Below, piece after piece: positions 39,067 through 51,127 of a DNA stretch of 64,000 nucleotides. The translations under genes and the position numbers were made by a program. Every line of letters begins with the position of its first letter. Within the stretch, counting starts at the first letter, position 1. The DNA lies in the NCBI RefSeq assembly GCF_021028975.2, contig NC_059425.1, positions 56,172,001-56,236,000 on the forward strand, given 5' to 3'. The notes under the pieces are model-generated. The model saw only the letters and a program-made list of their open reading frames with translations. It ran no database searches and was not told the DNA's origin. Source of the stretch: Sphaerodactylus townsendi (Eukaryota).

Positions 39067-39214
39067 CAACTTCCGTGGACGAGCTTCATGTACTCATAGA
39101 TGAACGTACAAAACATCAGGATGATGACTGACCACCAGCCAAGGATTTCTCCATCATCATCCTGATGTTTTGTACGTTCATCTATGAGTACATGAAGCTC
39201 ATCCACAGAAGTTG
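39067..39214. repeat. Long inverted repeat: 61-bp arms, 26-nt loop
   Basis: Arms 39067-39127 and 39154-39214 are reverse complements with two mismatches. Confidence 0.95.
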
Positions 39215-39312
39215 GTATGGAGTTGCTGTCTAATTACAGTGAATGGCTTGTCCCAAAGGGACTGCACCCAGGTCCTATGACTAGACTTTTTAAGGACTGC
39301 GACTGAGGACTA

Positions 39313-39953
39313 CCCTATATACTTGAGTATAAACTGATTTTTTTATGCTGAAAAAACTCCCCTCGGCTTATATGCGAGTATGTACGGTAATTCCAAGATG
39401 GTGGCAGGAGCTAGGGCTGCTGTGGGGATCCGGTAAACATGTTGCTGCTTTTTTTCTAACTCACCAGAGAGCCGTAAAAACAAGCTGTAAGGACAGCCTG
39501 CATAGCATTACAGCCTGCATAGCATTACATAGGTGTGTGTGTGTGTGTGAAAAGAAACAGAGGCATTATCTCCTGAGGGTTATTGGTGCGTTGCATTCTA
39601 GATGAATACAATTCTTCATACAGTAGTTTACTGCCAAATACTGATGTTGCTGAAGACAAAGACTTTCTTTGGAGCAAAGTTTAGACTGGCATGGCTATGA
39701 ATCCCAGAATTGTTCTACATTTGGAGGAAAACAGTGGTTCATTTGTGTTCCTAGAGTGCTAGAAAGCTGCTCATCCCTAATGCAAACTCTATTAAGCAAC
39801 TCTATCTCATCTTGCTCCCAAATCTTCTGTTTTTAGCTGCTACTGAGTCAAGTTCGAAGATTTACACTCAAGTCAATAAGTTTCCCAGTTTTTTGTGGTA
39901 AAATTAGGTGCCTTGGCTTATATTCGGGTTGGCTTATACTCGAGCATATACAG
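39313..39953. mobile_element. Non-autonomous Tc1/mariner-superfamily (Tc2/pogo-like) element
   Basis: TA-flanked TIRs CCCTATATACTTGAGTATAA / TTATACTCGAGCATATACAG; extra TIR-like copy at ~39365-39389. Confidence 0.75.
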
Positions 39954-40440
39954 TAATTGTTAGAAGTTTCTCAGATGGCTCTTTTCAAGGGTACCCATTG
40001 AAATTGGGGGAGGGAGCAAGTGTGAGTGAGAAGAAAAGAGTGAGAACAAAAGAATCCAGAGAGGGAGAAGCAGCCACAGGTACTATAGGTTGACTGATGC
40101 ACCTGAAGCCCAGTTGTTTTTCTTTAAACATTTGATGCTCTGTATGAGTGCCTCTTTGTCTTTACCAAGGCAGTACCTATATATTTGTGAATAAAGCAAG
40201 TATAAATGTGCTGTAACACTCTGGTCCTCTCTCCTCCACAGGGAAATACCCTCTGAACTTGGAAGCGCATAACAATATGTACAAAGTCACAGACACATAC
40301 CTGCACACTACTTTAAGAATTAATATTTGAGTAGCAAAATTAAATGCAATGTACTGGACCTTTTCTAGCCAAAAAACTACATTGAGCTGCTTAATTAAAC
40401 TCCCCAGGGCTCCCTGGAATGTATTCCAGGAGGATACAGT

Positions 40441-40504
40441 TTAAAGACCAACAACGTTTTTATGGTATAAGCTTTGAAGAATCAAAGTTCCCTTTGTCAG
40501 ACAC
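40441..40504 (-). mobile_element. Penelope-like terminal remnant
   Basis: Minus strand CTGACAAAGGGAACTTTGATTCTTCAAAGCTTATACC...GTTGGTCTTTAA resembles the 31855 family. Confidence 0.55.
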
Positions 40505-41874
40505 AAAGTATATTGAGGGTCTATGATAACAAAACTATTCTAGAGCTTTTCTGTGCAAACTGAGAGCAAGTTTTATTTAACAAAGCATATAATGGAAAGC
40601 ATATAGCTTGGGGCATACTGTGGAAAGCAATGAACGACTAAATGTTGAAGACTTCTCTCTACACAAAATAATACAGTTTTTAAAGTTATGTTCAGTTATG
40701 GCCTTTCCTGATTTTTTTGTTTGATAAAGCAGGTAATTGATGCTGTACAATAAACGGGATCTCTAGCAGCACTGTTAATTTTGCACATATTCTTGTGGGA
40801 AAATACTAGTGTGTAAGGGATTTTCAGACACCTACTTGGAGCCCAGAAGTGGCTGATATCATCATTGGAATTATTACTGAATTCTTGCCAGGTAATCACA
40901 ATTGTTGGGATTAGAATTGCATTGATATGGGAGGCAAATTCCAGTGAACTGGTCTCTTCACTGCAATGCTGTGGTCAAGAAACTAGGAAAGGCAGAAACA
41001 GAAAAAATACATTCTTTGAATGAATCATTCGCAAACGGGTTAAGCAGGCATGAGCTGGCAGGAGAGAATGGAGAATGGAGTCAGATAATTTTGCTTCCTG
41101 GCCAGCAACATACCTGGCCTCACTTTACCTCAGCAGCTGCCAGGGGATCAAAGGAGCAAGGCAGATGTCTCCTCCTCACTTCCCTTCTGTCCTGTGAGAT
41201 GAGGAAAAGAGGGTGGGGGAGTCGGTTATTTCTTTCAGTGTGATGCCAGGCTACTCTTCTCAGTTGTATTAATAAAACAAGCAGAGAACACTTTTAAACA
41301 CAGATTGCAGTTAGGCATCTGTGGGGCATCTGCCATAAAACATAGCAGCAGATGTGTTTTTTTAAAGTCAAGGGAAAGCTTAATGAGCATCTAAAATGTA
41401 TTTGCAGACTTTTGAAGAGACCTTCACAGCATGCCTCTCAGGGCAGAACTTTGATTCAAGAGAACAAGTCATGTCCTGAATAGGAAGCCTGGGTAACAAC
41501 CGAGGATTACAGTCACACCCTTTTAAGAGCATTGAAGTCAGTGGGCAAAGAAGGATAACTGTGTTTAGTACTGTACTGTCTAAAAGCTAAGGCTTACTAC
41601 CTGCCAGGCTACAAACCTATTAGTATAACACAAGCTGAGCAGATCTCTTGGAAAGTTCACAAACAAGGTTTCTGGCCATATAAGCCTTGCACAGGATTAG
41701 AGTCAACTAGTGGGTATCTTGCTGTGAAAGCCTTCATAATCAGAGATTAGGCTTGACAGGCACTTATGATACAGACTTTTCAGCTCCCCCTTACCTGTTG
41801 TGGAACTCTCAAACCACCAGAAGCATGGCTGTGATGTGTTCCACCTCTTAGGGCTTTCTAGCACAATTTGTGTG

Positions 41875-42095
41875 GGTTTTGAGTGCCATTAAGTCACTTC
41901 TGGTTCATGGAGACCCTATGAATCAATGTCCTCCAAAACAGATTATTGGTATCAGCCTTGCTCATGTCTTGCAAACTGAGAGCTGTGACTTTATAGAGTC
42001 CATCCATCTCATGGTGGGTCTTCCTCGTTCCTGCTGCCTTCAATCTTTTCTAGCATTATTGTCTTTTCCAGTAAGTCTTCTCCCAATGTGAGCCC
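41875..42095 (-). mobile_element. RTE/BovB-like LINE 3' fragment
   Basis: GAGTCCATCCATCTCATGGTGGGTCTTCCTCG...CTTCAATCTTTTCTAGCATTATTGTCTTTTCCAG is the reverse complement of an RTE C-terminal segment. Confidence 0.7.
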
Positions 42096-42139
42096 ACCAT
42101 TTCTGGAAGACCTTTGATACCAGGTGATATTCAACACTG

Positions 42140-42368
42140 GAGAGAGGCCATGGCTCAATAATAAGGCATCTGCTTTGCATCCAGTAGGTCCCAGATACAG
42201 TCCTCAGCAGTTCCAGTCAAAAGGATTAGCTGGAGAGCTGCTGCCAGTCAGAGGAGACAATACTTCCCCAGATAGGCCAATCTATTTCAGTATCCCAACC
42301 TTTTCTCCCATAGTAAGAACTGGGCTCAGCATTAGTCTGACAGGATAAGGCAGCTTTGAGTGTTTATG
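42140..42368 (+). mobile_element. Degenerate tRNA-derived SINE, same family as 62311
   Basis: Shared GCATCTGCTTTGCAT, TGCCAGTCA and AAGGCAGCTTT blocks. Confidence 0.6.
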
Positions 42369-43563
42369 TGTACTTGTAGAAGTAGAAAGGAAAGACATGA
42401 ATTGTCTAAAAACAAAAAAATACAATTTTACTAGCTCTTGTTTGTTTTAGTAATGTGAAAACTTTTGAATATGGAGGCTCTATTTAAGTTATTGATAAAA
42501 CTTATGCTCTAAGAATCTGTCTCTTTCTGCTCCACAGTCAGTGCCTAAAATCTCTCTCTCTGTGTGTGTGTGTGTGTGTTTTACTGCTATTCAAGAAAAA
42601 TAACATGCCTAAACCATCTCCTCTTGAAAAGTGAATCAGCTGCCCTGGGCCTTCCTCCTTTAGAATACAAATGCTCTCAAATCACTCAAAGTTGCAGAAA
42701 TACACATTAAACACACACTCGCGCACACACGCACACACTGATTTGCTATGCCAAATGGCTGCATGTTAAAACAGAGCCAAGCAAGACTGGGCTGGGAAGC
42801 CAGTAGCAGCCGAAGAAGAAGAAAACATCGCCTTTTTAAATTCTCTAACCTAAATGTCCCCCAATTCTCCCACTGCAATTGCAAGAATAAATTAGGAATA
42901 ATTTAGAAATTTGAGTATATCTGTTTCACAGCACTGGGAATGCCCAATCATGAGGCAGGCTCTATTTATCTTCAGTGCTATAAGAATGTCTGCTAACAAG
43001 CAACCTCAGTGCTTGAAAATTAGTTATCATACCGATGTGACCAATGGCTAGCATGCATTATGATGTCTAGTATGCAAGCAGATCTAGCTACTCCAGGCAA
43101 ATGTCCATAGGGGAAAAACATTTTGAATGAATTATCCAGCTATGCAAAGGGCAAGTACCAATACCAAGATCACAGCAGCTCTGGAAAACATATTGTTGCA
43201 GTCACAAACATTTACCATGGGCCAATGCCAGGTGATTTGCCAATTGGCATAATTCTTTAAGAAAGATAATTCTTCAAGAGAGGAATACATACATTTGCAC
43301 AAATAACAAATATATGAACTGTCTCCAAGTAGCATTGGAAGAACCTAACAGCACTGGTTGGCACATTTATTTCAAGAGAAGCGAGGGATTAAGTAATAAA
43401 TGATATCCGTGACCAAGCATGGGTATGATATTTAATCATGGCCAAATGTCTCTGTACCAAGATCCAAAAGATGGCAAGAAACCTACAACTTTGGTCAAGA
43501 CAGCACATCTGCTTTATTCCAATATCATCTACTTCCAGACTGGATAAATCTGAGATATGGGAG

Positions 43564-44038
43564 TGTAGGGATGCACTGCTGACCCAGCAGCACCGTAAGT
43601 AGAGCGCCGGCACACCGGCGCTCCTGCGGCCTTCTGGTCGCACCGCTCCCCCACCCCTCATCCCCCGATGAGTCACAGGTCATGAACTACCTGGCTCACA
43701 ACCACCGGGTGTCCCGGACAAAGGGACAATGGCCTTGCCCCCAGGTGAGGGTTAGGCCCAGATGCCGACGCTCCTCTCCGCACGTAGCAGCCAGGTGAGA
43801 TCATGCATGCAGTGATCCTCTCTCAATCCCGGCTCTCTCCCGGCTCCCGGAATTCCCCCAGATTCTGCCCTTCTACACGCTTTACGCTAAGAATCATAAT
43901 AAAAGGTGCCCAGGAGCCAGCGCTCTGAGAGATTAAGCTAGGAACACGGAAACCCGCGCTCCCGTTGCTGGCGCTCTCCACCAGATGAAATCACCGCGTC
44001 TCGTCTCGTTCTTACGCTGACCTCGCGGCACGACTACA
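43564..44038 (+). mobile_element. Solo LTR, 475 bp, 6-bp TSD (class II/ERV2-like)
   Basis: TGTAG...CTACA inverted termini; perfect TSD TGGGAG (43558-43563, 44039-44044); TAATAAAAGG at 43897-43906; CpG-rich. Confidence 0.9.
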
Positions 44039-45762
44039 TGGGAGATGAGGAAGATGCGCAAGAAAAAAAAATTTACACTCTCCTTTACCAGGGAGAAAAA
44101 CAGTAATCCTAATAGTACAGTCCTAATAAGTTATTCCCTTCCAAGTCCACTGAAATAAATGAGTTTAGAAGGATGTAGCTCTGTTTTAGGACTGCACTTT
44201 TAACCATCTGGCTCATCAGGTCTTTCCTAGAGGTTTCCACAGCTACTTCTAGAGGCAAGTTGTGTTTCACCACTTTATTATTATCCAAAGAAGTATTTCA
44301 AGTGTAAAAATAAAATAAAAATTGTTTATAATGACTTCAGGATAAAGCATGTAAATGGAACCAAATGGAATATTTTCTGAAATATCATTGATACACATAA
44401 TATTATTCCCTGCACAAAACTGAAGGTTTGTTTCTCCAGAAAAGAGGGAAGAATAAGAAGAGTTCCAGGTAATCTTCGTTCTGATAGCCCTTCACATTAT
44501 TGTGCTTTTGGCAGATTGCTTCAGTGGGGCTGCAATTCAAATACTTAGAGATGTGCATTCAATCTCTCATATCATCCTTCACAATTGTATGAATGCCTAT
44601 TTTGATGCTTTTATAATCAAAGGTTTCTTAAGGTTTGCTTATTCTGACTGGTTTCACACAGAGCCCATGCTGTTCTGCATGCAACATTGGAGAAGCATGA
44701 TAAGAATCTCGTGACTATTGCAAGCAAAGTTTGTTTTGGTTTCTTTGTTACAGAGATTTTCTTGGCTGGATTTCATGCAGTTAATCAAGGTATGTGTCAT
44801 CTTGTTACATAATTGCCTTTTATACTCCAGGAAACAATATTTGCTAAGGTGAACTGTTATGCAACAGCCAGAGCTGGATTTACATTTTTAAAAAGGGGAG
44901 CAAAAGTACAAAATGATATCCACCATGTATTATTTACATATTTTTTTAATTTTTAAAATTTATTTTATTAGTTTTGTATGCTTGTTGACAACATTTCCAT
45001 AATATATGATAGCAACCATTAAAAACATTACCAATATAAACATTTAAAAACAATATAAATACATTTAAAATATCAAGATAATTTAAAACATTTTTAAAGT
45101 ATTAAGTTTTTCTTTATATTTATGTATATACCCCCTTGTGAATGTACATCTTTAGATGGTTAGGGGGTTTGTGAGTATCAGCAAAGCTGGAGGCAATATT
45201 GTAAGGGGTCTTATCTCCTGTCAAGAGACTAAACTAGCAGAGTCTCTAGTCTAGACAGAATGGTCACAGCTGAGACACCAGTCTAAGAGGCATCCACCCC
45301 TTCAGGGACCAACAGCCACATCAGCAGAAGAGAATAGACAATTCTAATGGATGGAGGCAGAGGGATCCTTGAAGGGTGGTTTCTGGGCAGCAGTAGTCGT
45401 GGAAAGTGACACTGTTGTGGAAGGTGACACTGTTGAAGGATCTTTTGTAGACAACAGCAGTGCCACTACAATTAATTCTGGTTAGTATTGTGCAGAAGAA
45501 GGTAATGTAGCCTCCCCACCTCCTAGCAGTAGCCTAATTGGGGGAACAGGACACATGTACTGCAGAACAAACCACCTCTGCTGGATAATTCAGCATCCCC
45601 CACCCCAAACAATAGCCTAATCGGGGAACAGGCATACATGCAGCAGAACAAACTATCATAGATTACCACAAGGCACTTTACATTCAGGAAGATGAGTACC
45701 TCTATGTGGACAGTCAGTAATCTATACCTGTCAGTCAGAGAAACATTAAATTGGCACTAGAG

Positions 45763-45948
45763 GAGTGGTTCTCAACCTTCCTAATGCAGCGACCCTTTAA
45801 TACAGTTCCTCATGTTGTGGTGACGCTCAACCCTAACATTTATCCATTTTACAGATGGAGAACACTGATATAGAGAGTCTTAGGCAACCCCTGTGAAAGG
45901 GTTGTTTGACCCCCAAAGGGGTCGCAACCCCCAGGTTGAGAACCACTG
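45763..45948 (-). mobile_element. Second SPIN/URR1-like MITE (186 bp)
   Basis: Reverse complement of 9055-9240; perfect 8-bp TSD CACTAGAG. Confidence 0.9.
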
Positions 45949-47059
45949 CACTAGAGGCATGTAGAGTTCAAACAAAGATTTAGATGTTTGTTTATTTACA
46001 AGGAAATTTAAGTAAATCAGGAAGGGTTTTAAGCTAAGAGTCACATTAATAAGTATATACAAGAAACTGGTTCAGGGAAGATACTTGTTTACAAGATGTT
46101 TCAGTATTTTTAAATTGCTGTTGCACTGGGCATTAACTCCAGTGCCTTCAAGTTTTTTACAGTCACTTAGGGAAAAAACTATCTTAATCCTCAGGAAATT
46201 TTACTGTTTGGAACTCTCTAATTCTAGTGTTGACAAGACTTAATTCCTAACTTCAGTTAAATGAAACCGGCACAGGTCCTAAACCACTAACTCTTGGACT
46301 GTCTCACTTATCTGAGACATCTGTTTCACACAGTGTTCATCAGAGAAGGACTTGTATTTTTCCTCCAGAAAATCTAATCCTTTCTTTATTTACAATGCCA
46401 CCACCTTCAGAAGCTTCACTGCTCCATATCTGGGTGAGTTCTCCTCAGAGATACTAAACCAAGTCACCAGTGTGATGAATTAGGGTTTCTGTGTAATTAT
46501 TGATTACCTACAGGACCTTGGCACAAATTCCTTCACAGAAATCTGCCCTTATTGGCCCTTACTCAGCAGTTGCTCATCTTTCTCAGAACTGGCACTCAGC
46601 CTCCAGAGCATGGATCTATATCAGAATAACCTGCTCAGTCTGGTGTTCCGAACAGTTCTTCTCCTCAGCACTGACTGCCTTTGGGTTAAGAATGCTCAGC
46701 AGTTCTCTCTAGCCAATCAGCCAGCAGTCTCCACTAACTCTTTAGGCTCAACATTCTAAGGTCAGAATGAGCTTGTGGTGGTGTATATTACACAAGCCAT
46801 CTCTTCCATGCAATTGAACCTCTCCACCTCCTGATGCTGCCCCTCTCTGCCGGCCACTCAGGCATCTACTCCCCCCCCCCTTGATCCAGCCCTGGAAACA
46901 GCCCCCTACAAACACCCTTTCTCTACCATTAGAGACTATTCTGTGGCACTGATACTTGGCAAAAAATGCAATATTTCTCCACTTCCATAGCATCTGCACA
47001 TAAGTATCCATTGAGCTGTTTTATGTGGTCCAGGGACTTTTACATCATAGCCCCAAGGA

Positions 47060-47750
47060 ATTGGATTCTGACCACATGAAGACCCACTGCGATCAATTTG
47101 CTACTTAGTTTGCAGACCAAATTGCCCAGATTTGTTCTGGGTTTGCTGTAGATGCTGGCGTGGTGACATGTTCAGATGATGTACCTTTGGGACTCACTTG
47201 TCTGATTTACATCGATACCTTTCAGCATGTGGTGCCTGATGACGTGGACAAGATCCTTGTAGAGGTGAGACCTACAACCTGTTCTCTCAGCCTTTATCCT
47301 TCCTGGATGATAAAAGCTGTGGGGGTAGGGGTGACTAATGGGAGTGGGAAATGCTTCCTTGAGGATGTCAGTTGTACTACCCATACTTAAGGAGACAGTG
47401 ATTAGATCTGTTTTTTGTGGGGGGGGAACCCTCCCTTTGTTGTACTATGCTGGGAAATTTTCAGCTACTCTTCAATCTTCCATTCCTGGACAAGGTGCTT
47501 GAATGACCTGCTTCTCTGTTCCAGGGGCCTTTGATAGAGACTGGAACTCTTCTATAGTATCCTACTGAGCTACCACTGAACACTGGGATTGAGGGACACC
47601 ATGTTACAGTGGTCTGAGTCCTATTGGGGTGGGGTGGGGGGAGTCTCTTGGTTTTTGCTGGGGATTCTTGCTGTGTCCCATGACCATTATCCTACAGGGT
47701 GCTGCAGGGGTTGATCTTATCCTCTACCCTGGATGAAGTCATCAGGAGGT
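47060..47750 (+). mobile_element. Degraded L2/CR1-clade LINE ORF2 fragment
   Basis: FQHVVPDDVDKILVEVRPTTCSLSLYPSWMIKA resembles the L2 pre-RT segment; frameshifted downstream. Confidence 0.75.
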
Positions 47751-47755
47751 TTGGG

Positions 47756-47848
47756 CTCTGAAGATGCTAGCCACAGATGCAGGCAAAACATCAGGAGAAA
47801 ATGCTACTAGAACATGGCCATACGACCCGGAAACCACATAACACCCCA
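47756..47848 (+). mobile_element. Penelope-like 3' end with decayed hammerhead motif
   Basis: CTGAAGATGCTAGCCACAGATGCAGGCAAAACATCAGGAGAAAATGCTACTAGAACATGGCCATAC matches recalled squamate Penelope ends. Confidence 0.75.
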
Positions 47849-48242
47849 GATTTTAATAAAGTTTAAATTGCAAGCCGCTTCATAGGAAGAAGGGATTTAT
47901 GAGTGTTTATTATATTTTGTATGCTTTTAATATTGAAATGGTATCCTGTCTTAGTCTATAAAGGGAAGATGGGATATAAGTAGGGCTTTCCTTTGGCTGC
48001 TTTCCATCGGTGCACAAATGACTGGTAGGAGGAAATTTGTGCAGGGGAGGTTGTGGACCATTTCTGGTTAAAATGTGGAAGTGACATCATAGATGCTGTA
48101 GAATTTTACCAATATCTATAGATTTTACAACAGAGATAGGTAAAATCCAGCCAGTCAGTTAACACCAATGTGTTTACAATTTCCTTTTTCTCATGCCACA
48201 CCTCCCTAAAGTTTCCCAGGTGCTCCAGGCTCCACCCATGTT

Positions 48243-48437
48243 AGGGCTGCCAATCTCAGGTGGAGCCTAGAGATCTCCCAGTTACAAAGATCAATTCATC
48301 TGGAGAAAATGGCTGCTTTGGAAGGTGGACTCTATGGCATTATACCCCACTGAAGTCCCCCTTCCCCAATCCCCCTCCTCAGACTCCACCCCCTCGCCCA
48401 ATCCCCAGGTATTTCCCACCCTGGAGCTGGCAACCCT
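48243..48437. mobile_element. MITE with AGGGTTGCCA/TGGCAACCCT termini
   Basis: Inverted termini; homologous copy at 56940-57162 and a fragment near 58010-58170. Confidence 0.7.
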
Positions 48438-48501
48438 ATGGCCTATGGTAGCTCTCAAACTTTCTGCCCCAGGAACTGTAAATTAATGTAAATATGTTGA
48501 A

Positions 48502-49577
48502 CTAGCAAGGTACCCATGCTTCGCTACGCATACTTCATCACAGCCTCTCTATAAATTTCGGGGCGACATCCAGCATACTCTTTCTAATGCTCTCTTATTG
48601 CTCTCTTTCACCTGGTGGGCTCCAAAAGAAGTCATTTGGAAACAGCTGTTGTATTTTCGGGATGCAGAAAGGAAGTGTTCTGCCATTGGATGCTGATGAG
48701 TGAGAAGGCTGTGAAGAGGTTCAGGGTTGGGTTGAAGGGCAGGGAGCTGGACTGGACTGCCACTGCAGCACATTCCTGGGGACTCATCCCACCACTTCAG
48801 AGCACAACACCAAGCACAGGGTGATCGGAGGCCGAGAGCAGTAAACTTGTCTGCACAGTAATCAATCTGATGTCCATATGCAAAACCCGATAAATGTTTC
48901 GTAGTCCAAGGTGATAGTGTGGTTTGTAATCTATTTTGATGGTATTTGGCTGTAGCGGTGTTGTTAACATGAGGGTGGGTGGAGGAGTACTTTTTCACAG
49001 CCTTTGTTAACTTCGGGGTGACATTCATGTACTTCTTTGCAGCCTGTTCGTGAACGTTGGGGTGACATGCAGCATATTTCCACACAGCCTGTCTGTGGAC
49101 TGAGGGGTTGGTTTGTGCATATGTTGCAGCAGCTTCCTGTAGTTGTCTTTTTCTAATGCAGTGTGTAAAGCGCTTTCTGCATTTAATTCCTCTTCTCCCT
49201 GTAGCGGTTTCAGCAGAAAGGATAGGTTCGCATATGTTGTGGAGGGCGGTGTTAGAGTGCAGTTGGTGCACCATGGTGAAGGACATGAAGCTGGTGATGT
49301 TTAACTGTCACCCTTAGAATGTTCGTGCAGCATGTCTGTGGACTGAGCAGTTGGTTCGCCCTTAGAATGTTCACGCAGATGGCCATAGATGAGCAGTTAA
49401 AACAGCAAATAGATAATAAATCAAATGGAAGTGAATATTTTGGGAAGTCCTTTCTTAGTGAGCACCTGGAGTACGTGAGGAACAGGTGTGCCAAATTTCA
49501 TGTGTGTGGCTTCAGTGGTTTTTGAGTTCTGTTGATGAGTCAGTCAGTGAGTGGAATTTCCCGTTTATAGGTATAGA
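48502..49577 (-). mobile_element. Internally deleted Helitron (1076 bp)
   Basis: 5' TCTATAC..., 3' GTAGCGAAGCATGGG..CTAG, inserted at A|T with no TSD; contains a RepHel N-terminal coding remnant. Confidence 0.9.
48549..49286 (-). pseudogene. Truncated Helitron RepHel N-terminal ORF (245 aa)
   Basis: CAWCCALKWWDESPGMCCSG..LP...PEPL..LL...FL...RKYNSCFQMTSFGA is the Helitron Zn-finger-like/pre-Rep signature; Rep catalytic and helicase domains are absent. Confidence 0.85.
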
Positions 49578-49583
49578 TTAAAG

Positions 49584-49731
49584 CAGGGGTAGGGAACCTG
49601 CGGCTCTCCAGATGTTCAGGAACTACAATTCCCATCAGTCCCTACCAGCATGGCCAATTGGCCATGCTGATAGAGGCTGATGGGAATTGTAGTTCCTGAA
49701 CATCTGGAGAGCCGCAGGTTCCCTACCCCTG
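49584..49731. mobile_element. Palindromic hAT-type MITE (148 bp)
   Basis: TIR CAGGGGTAGGGAACCTGCGG; perfect 8-bp TSD GATTAAAG (49576-49583, 49732-49739). Confidence 0.9.
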
Positions 49732-50150
49732 GATTAAAGTAACAAAGGCCAGTTAACACTCCTAAAATTCTCTGTTTGTGTACATTTATACATTTATTTA
49801 CTTTGTCACAAAGATCCAGGTGGATTAGAGGATATAAAGAATGCAATCAGACAGCATAAGAAACCACTGAACAAAGCAAACAAAACTAGGATATACTGAA
49901 CATGTCATAAAATAGTGCTGTGCAAAGTAGGCTTTGGCTTTGCCACAGGAAAACGGAAGGCATATTATGTAGTATATAAGCACCTATAACATGAAGGAGC
50001 ATTGTTGTTATCCTCAATAATGGGGAAAGCTGATCCTTCATTTCTATTAATTGGAGCAGAGATGGCCAACTTTTCTATCTTTGGTGAGCCATTCTACATG
50101 CAGGGACACAGGCAGCAATTTATTTTGCTGTACAAGCAGACCCCTAACTG

Positions 50151-50200
50151 ACGGTTGGCTCTTTTTAATAAAGACACGGTTGGCTCTTTTTAATAAAGAC
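50151..50200. repeat. Perfect 25-bp tandem duplication
   Basis: ACGGTTGGCTCTTTTTAATAAAGAC x2. Confidence 0.95.
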
Positions 50201-51069
50201 ACAGCTAAACACAGCAATATACACATTTACGTATTACATTCCTGTTCCATGTATCATTCGAAACAGATATGAAATACTAAATACTTGTACCCCTTACAAC
50301 TTGAAAATTTTTGTCTCTTTTTGTTTCCTTAAGAATGATGCTCTGGTCAGATCTTTGACCAAAATTCAAATAATGCTGGCTTGAGCTTCTGGTGGCTTTG
50401 GGAACAGACCTTCATGCACAGCCCATCAGTTAGCTCCCTCACTGTGACAGGGAAAACGATGTGTGCTTTGTTCTGCTTCAATTACATTGCCCTTAATGGC
50501 AGAGCACAAACAAAAAGCAGTGCAAATGTCACTTGGTCTCAAAAGACAACAGATGCGACTCTGAATAAACAGAAGGTATCTATTTGTTATATAAGGAGAT
50601 ATATTATAACTGACTTTGTTGACAAAAAAAAAGCAGAAATAGTTCCGCAGGATAGTACTATTGTGGAAGACAATTTGTTTGATTATATAATATTGAAAAT
50701 ATTGACTATTGCCTTGATTCTCAAGGTGTGTCCCCACTGAGGGAAGAAGGATTTCCTGCCTCTCCCTTCCTGCTGAAGCCTAAGATATTCCTCAAGTGCT
50801 GCTCCTGGCTGGAATAGCATTTTTGGATACAGTGGGAGGGGACAGGAGAGGAGGTCACGTTCCACTGATAAAAATCCTCCATCAGCAGGAATGCTTTATA
50901 ATATCCAACTCAAAAGTTGCAATGTAAATGTTATGCAATGTGTGTAACTCCAATGAATTAACTTTTGTTATTTGTTTGGTCTGGTCCAAGCTTCATGTAA
51001 ATACATAGAAAAGAATGCAGGTTTTTTAATAGGTCTGTAAAACATTTAGAGCTACATTGAAAATTAATC

Positions 51070-51075
51070 TTTATT
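51070..51075 (-). promoter_or_regulatory. SPATA45 polyadenylation signal
   Basis: AATAAA on the minus strand 52 nt after the stop, followed by U/GU-rich sequence. Confidence 0.7.
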
Positions 51076-51127
51076 CATTCAAAATGAATATCCACCAATC
51101 CAGTAGAAATGCTGTGTTAAGGACAGG

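Noticed and set aside
22292-50200. Short direct repeats as CRISPR-like arrays (22292-22333, 24292-24372, 50151-50200)
   Set aside because: Only two copies each with no regular spacers, in a vertebrate locus; these are simple local duplications.
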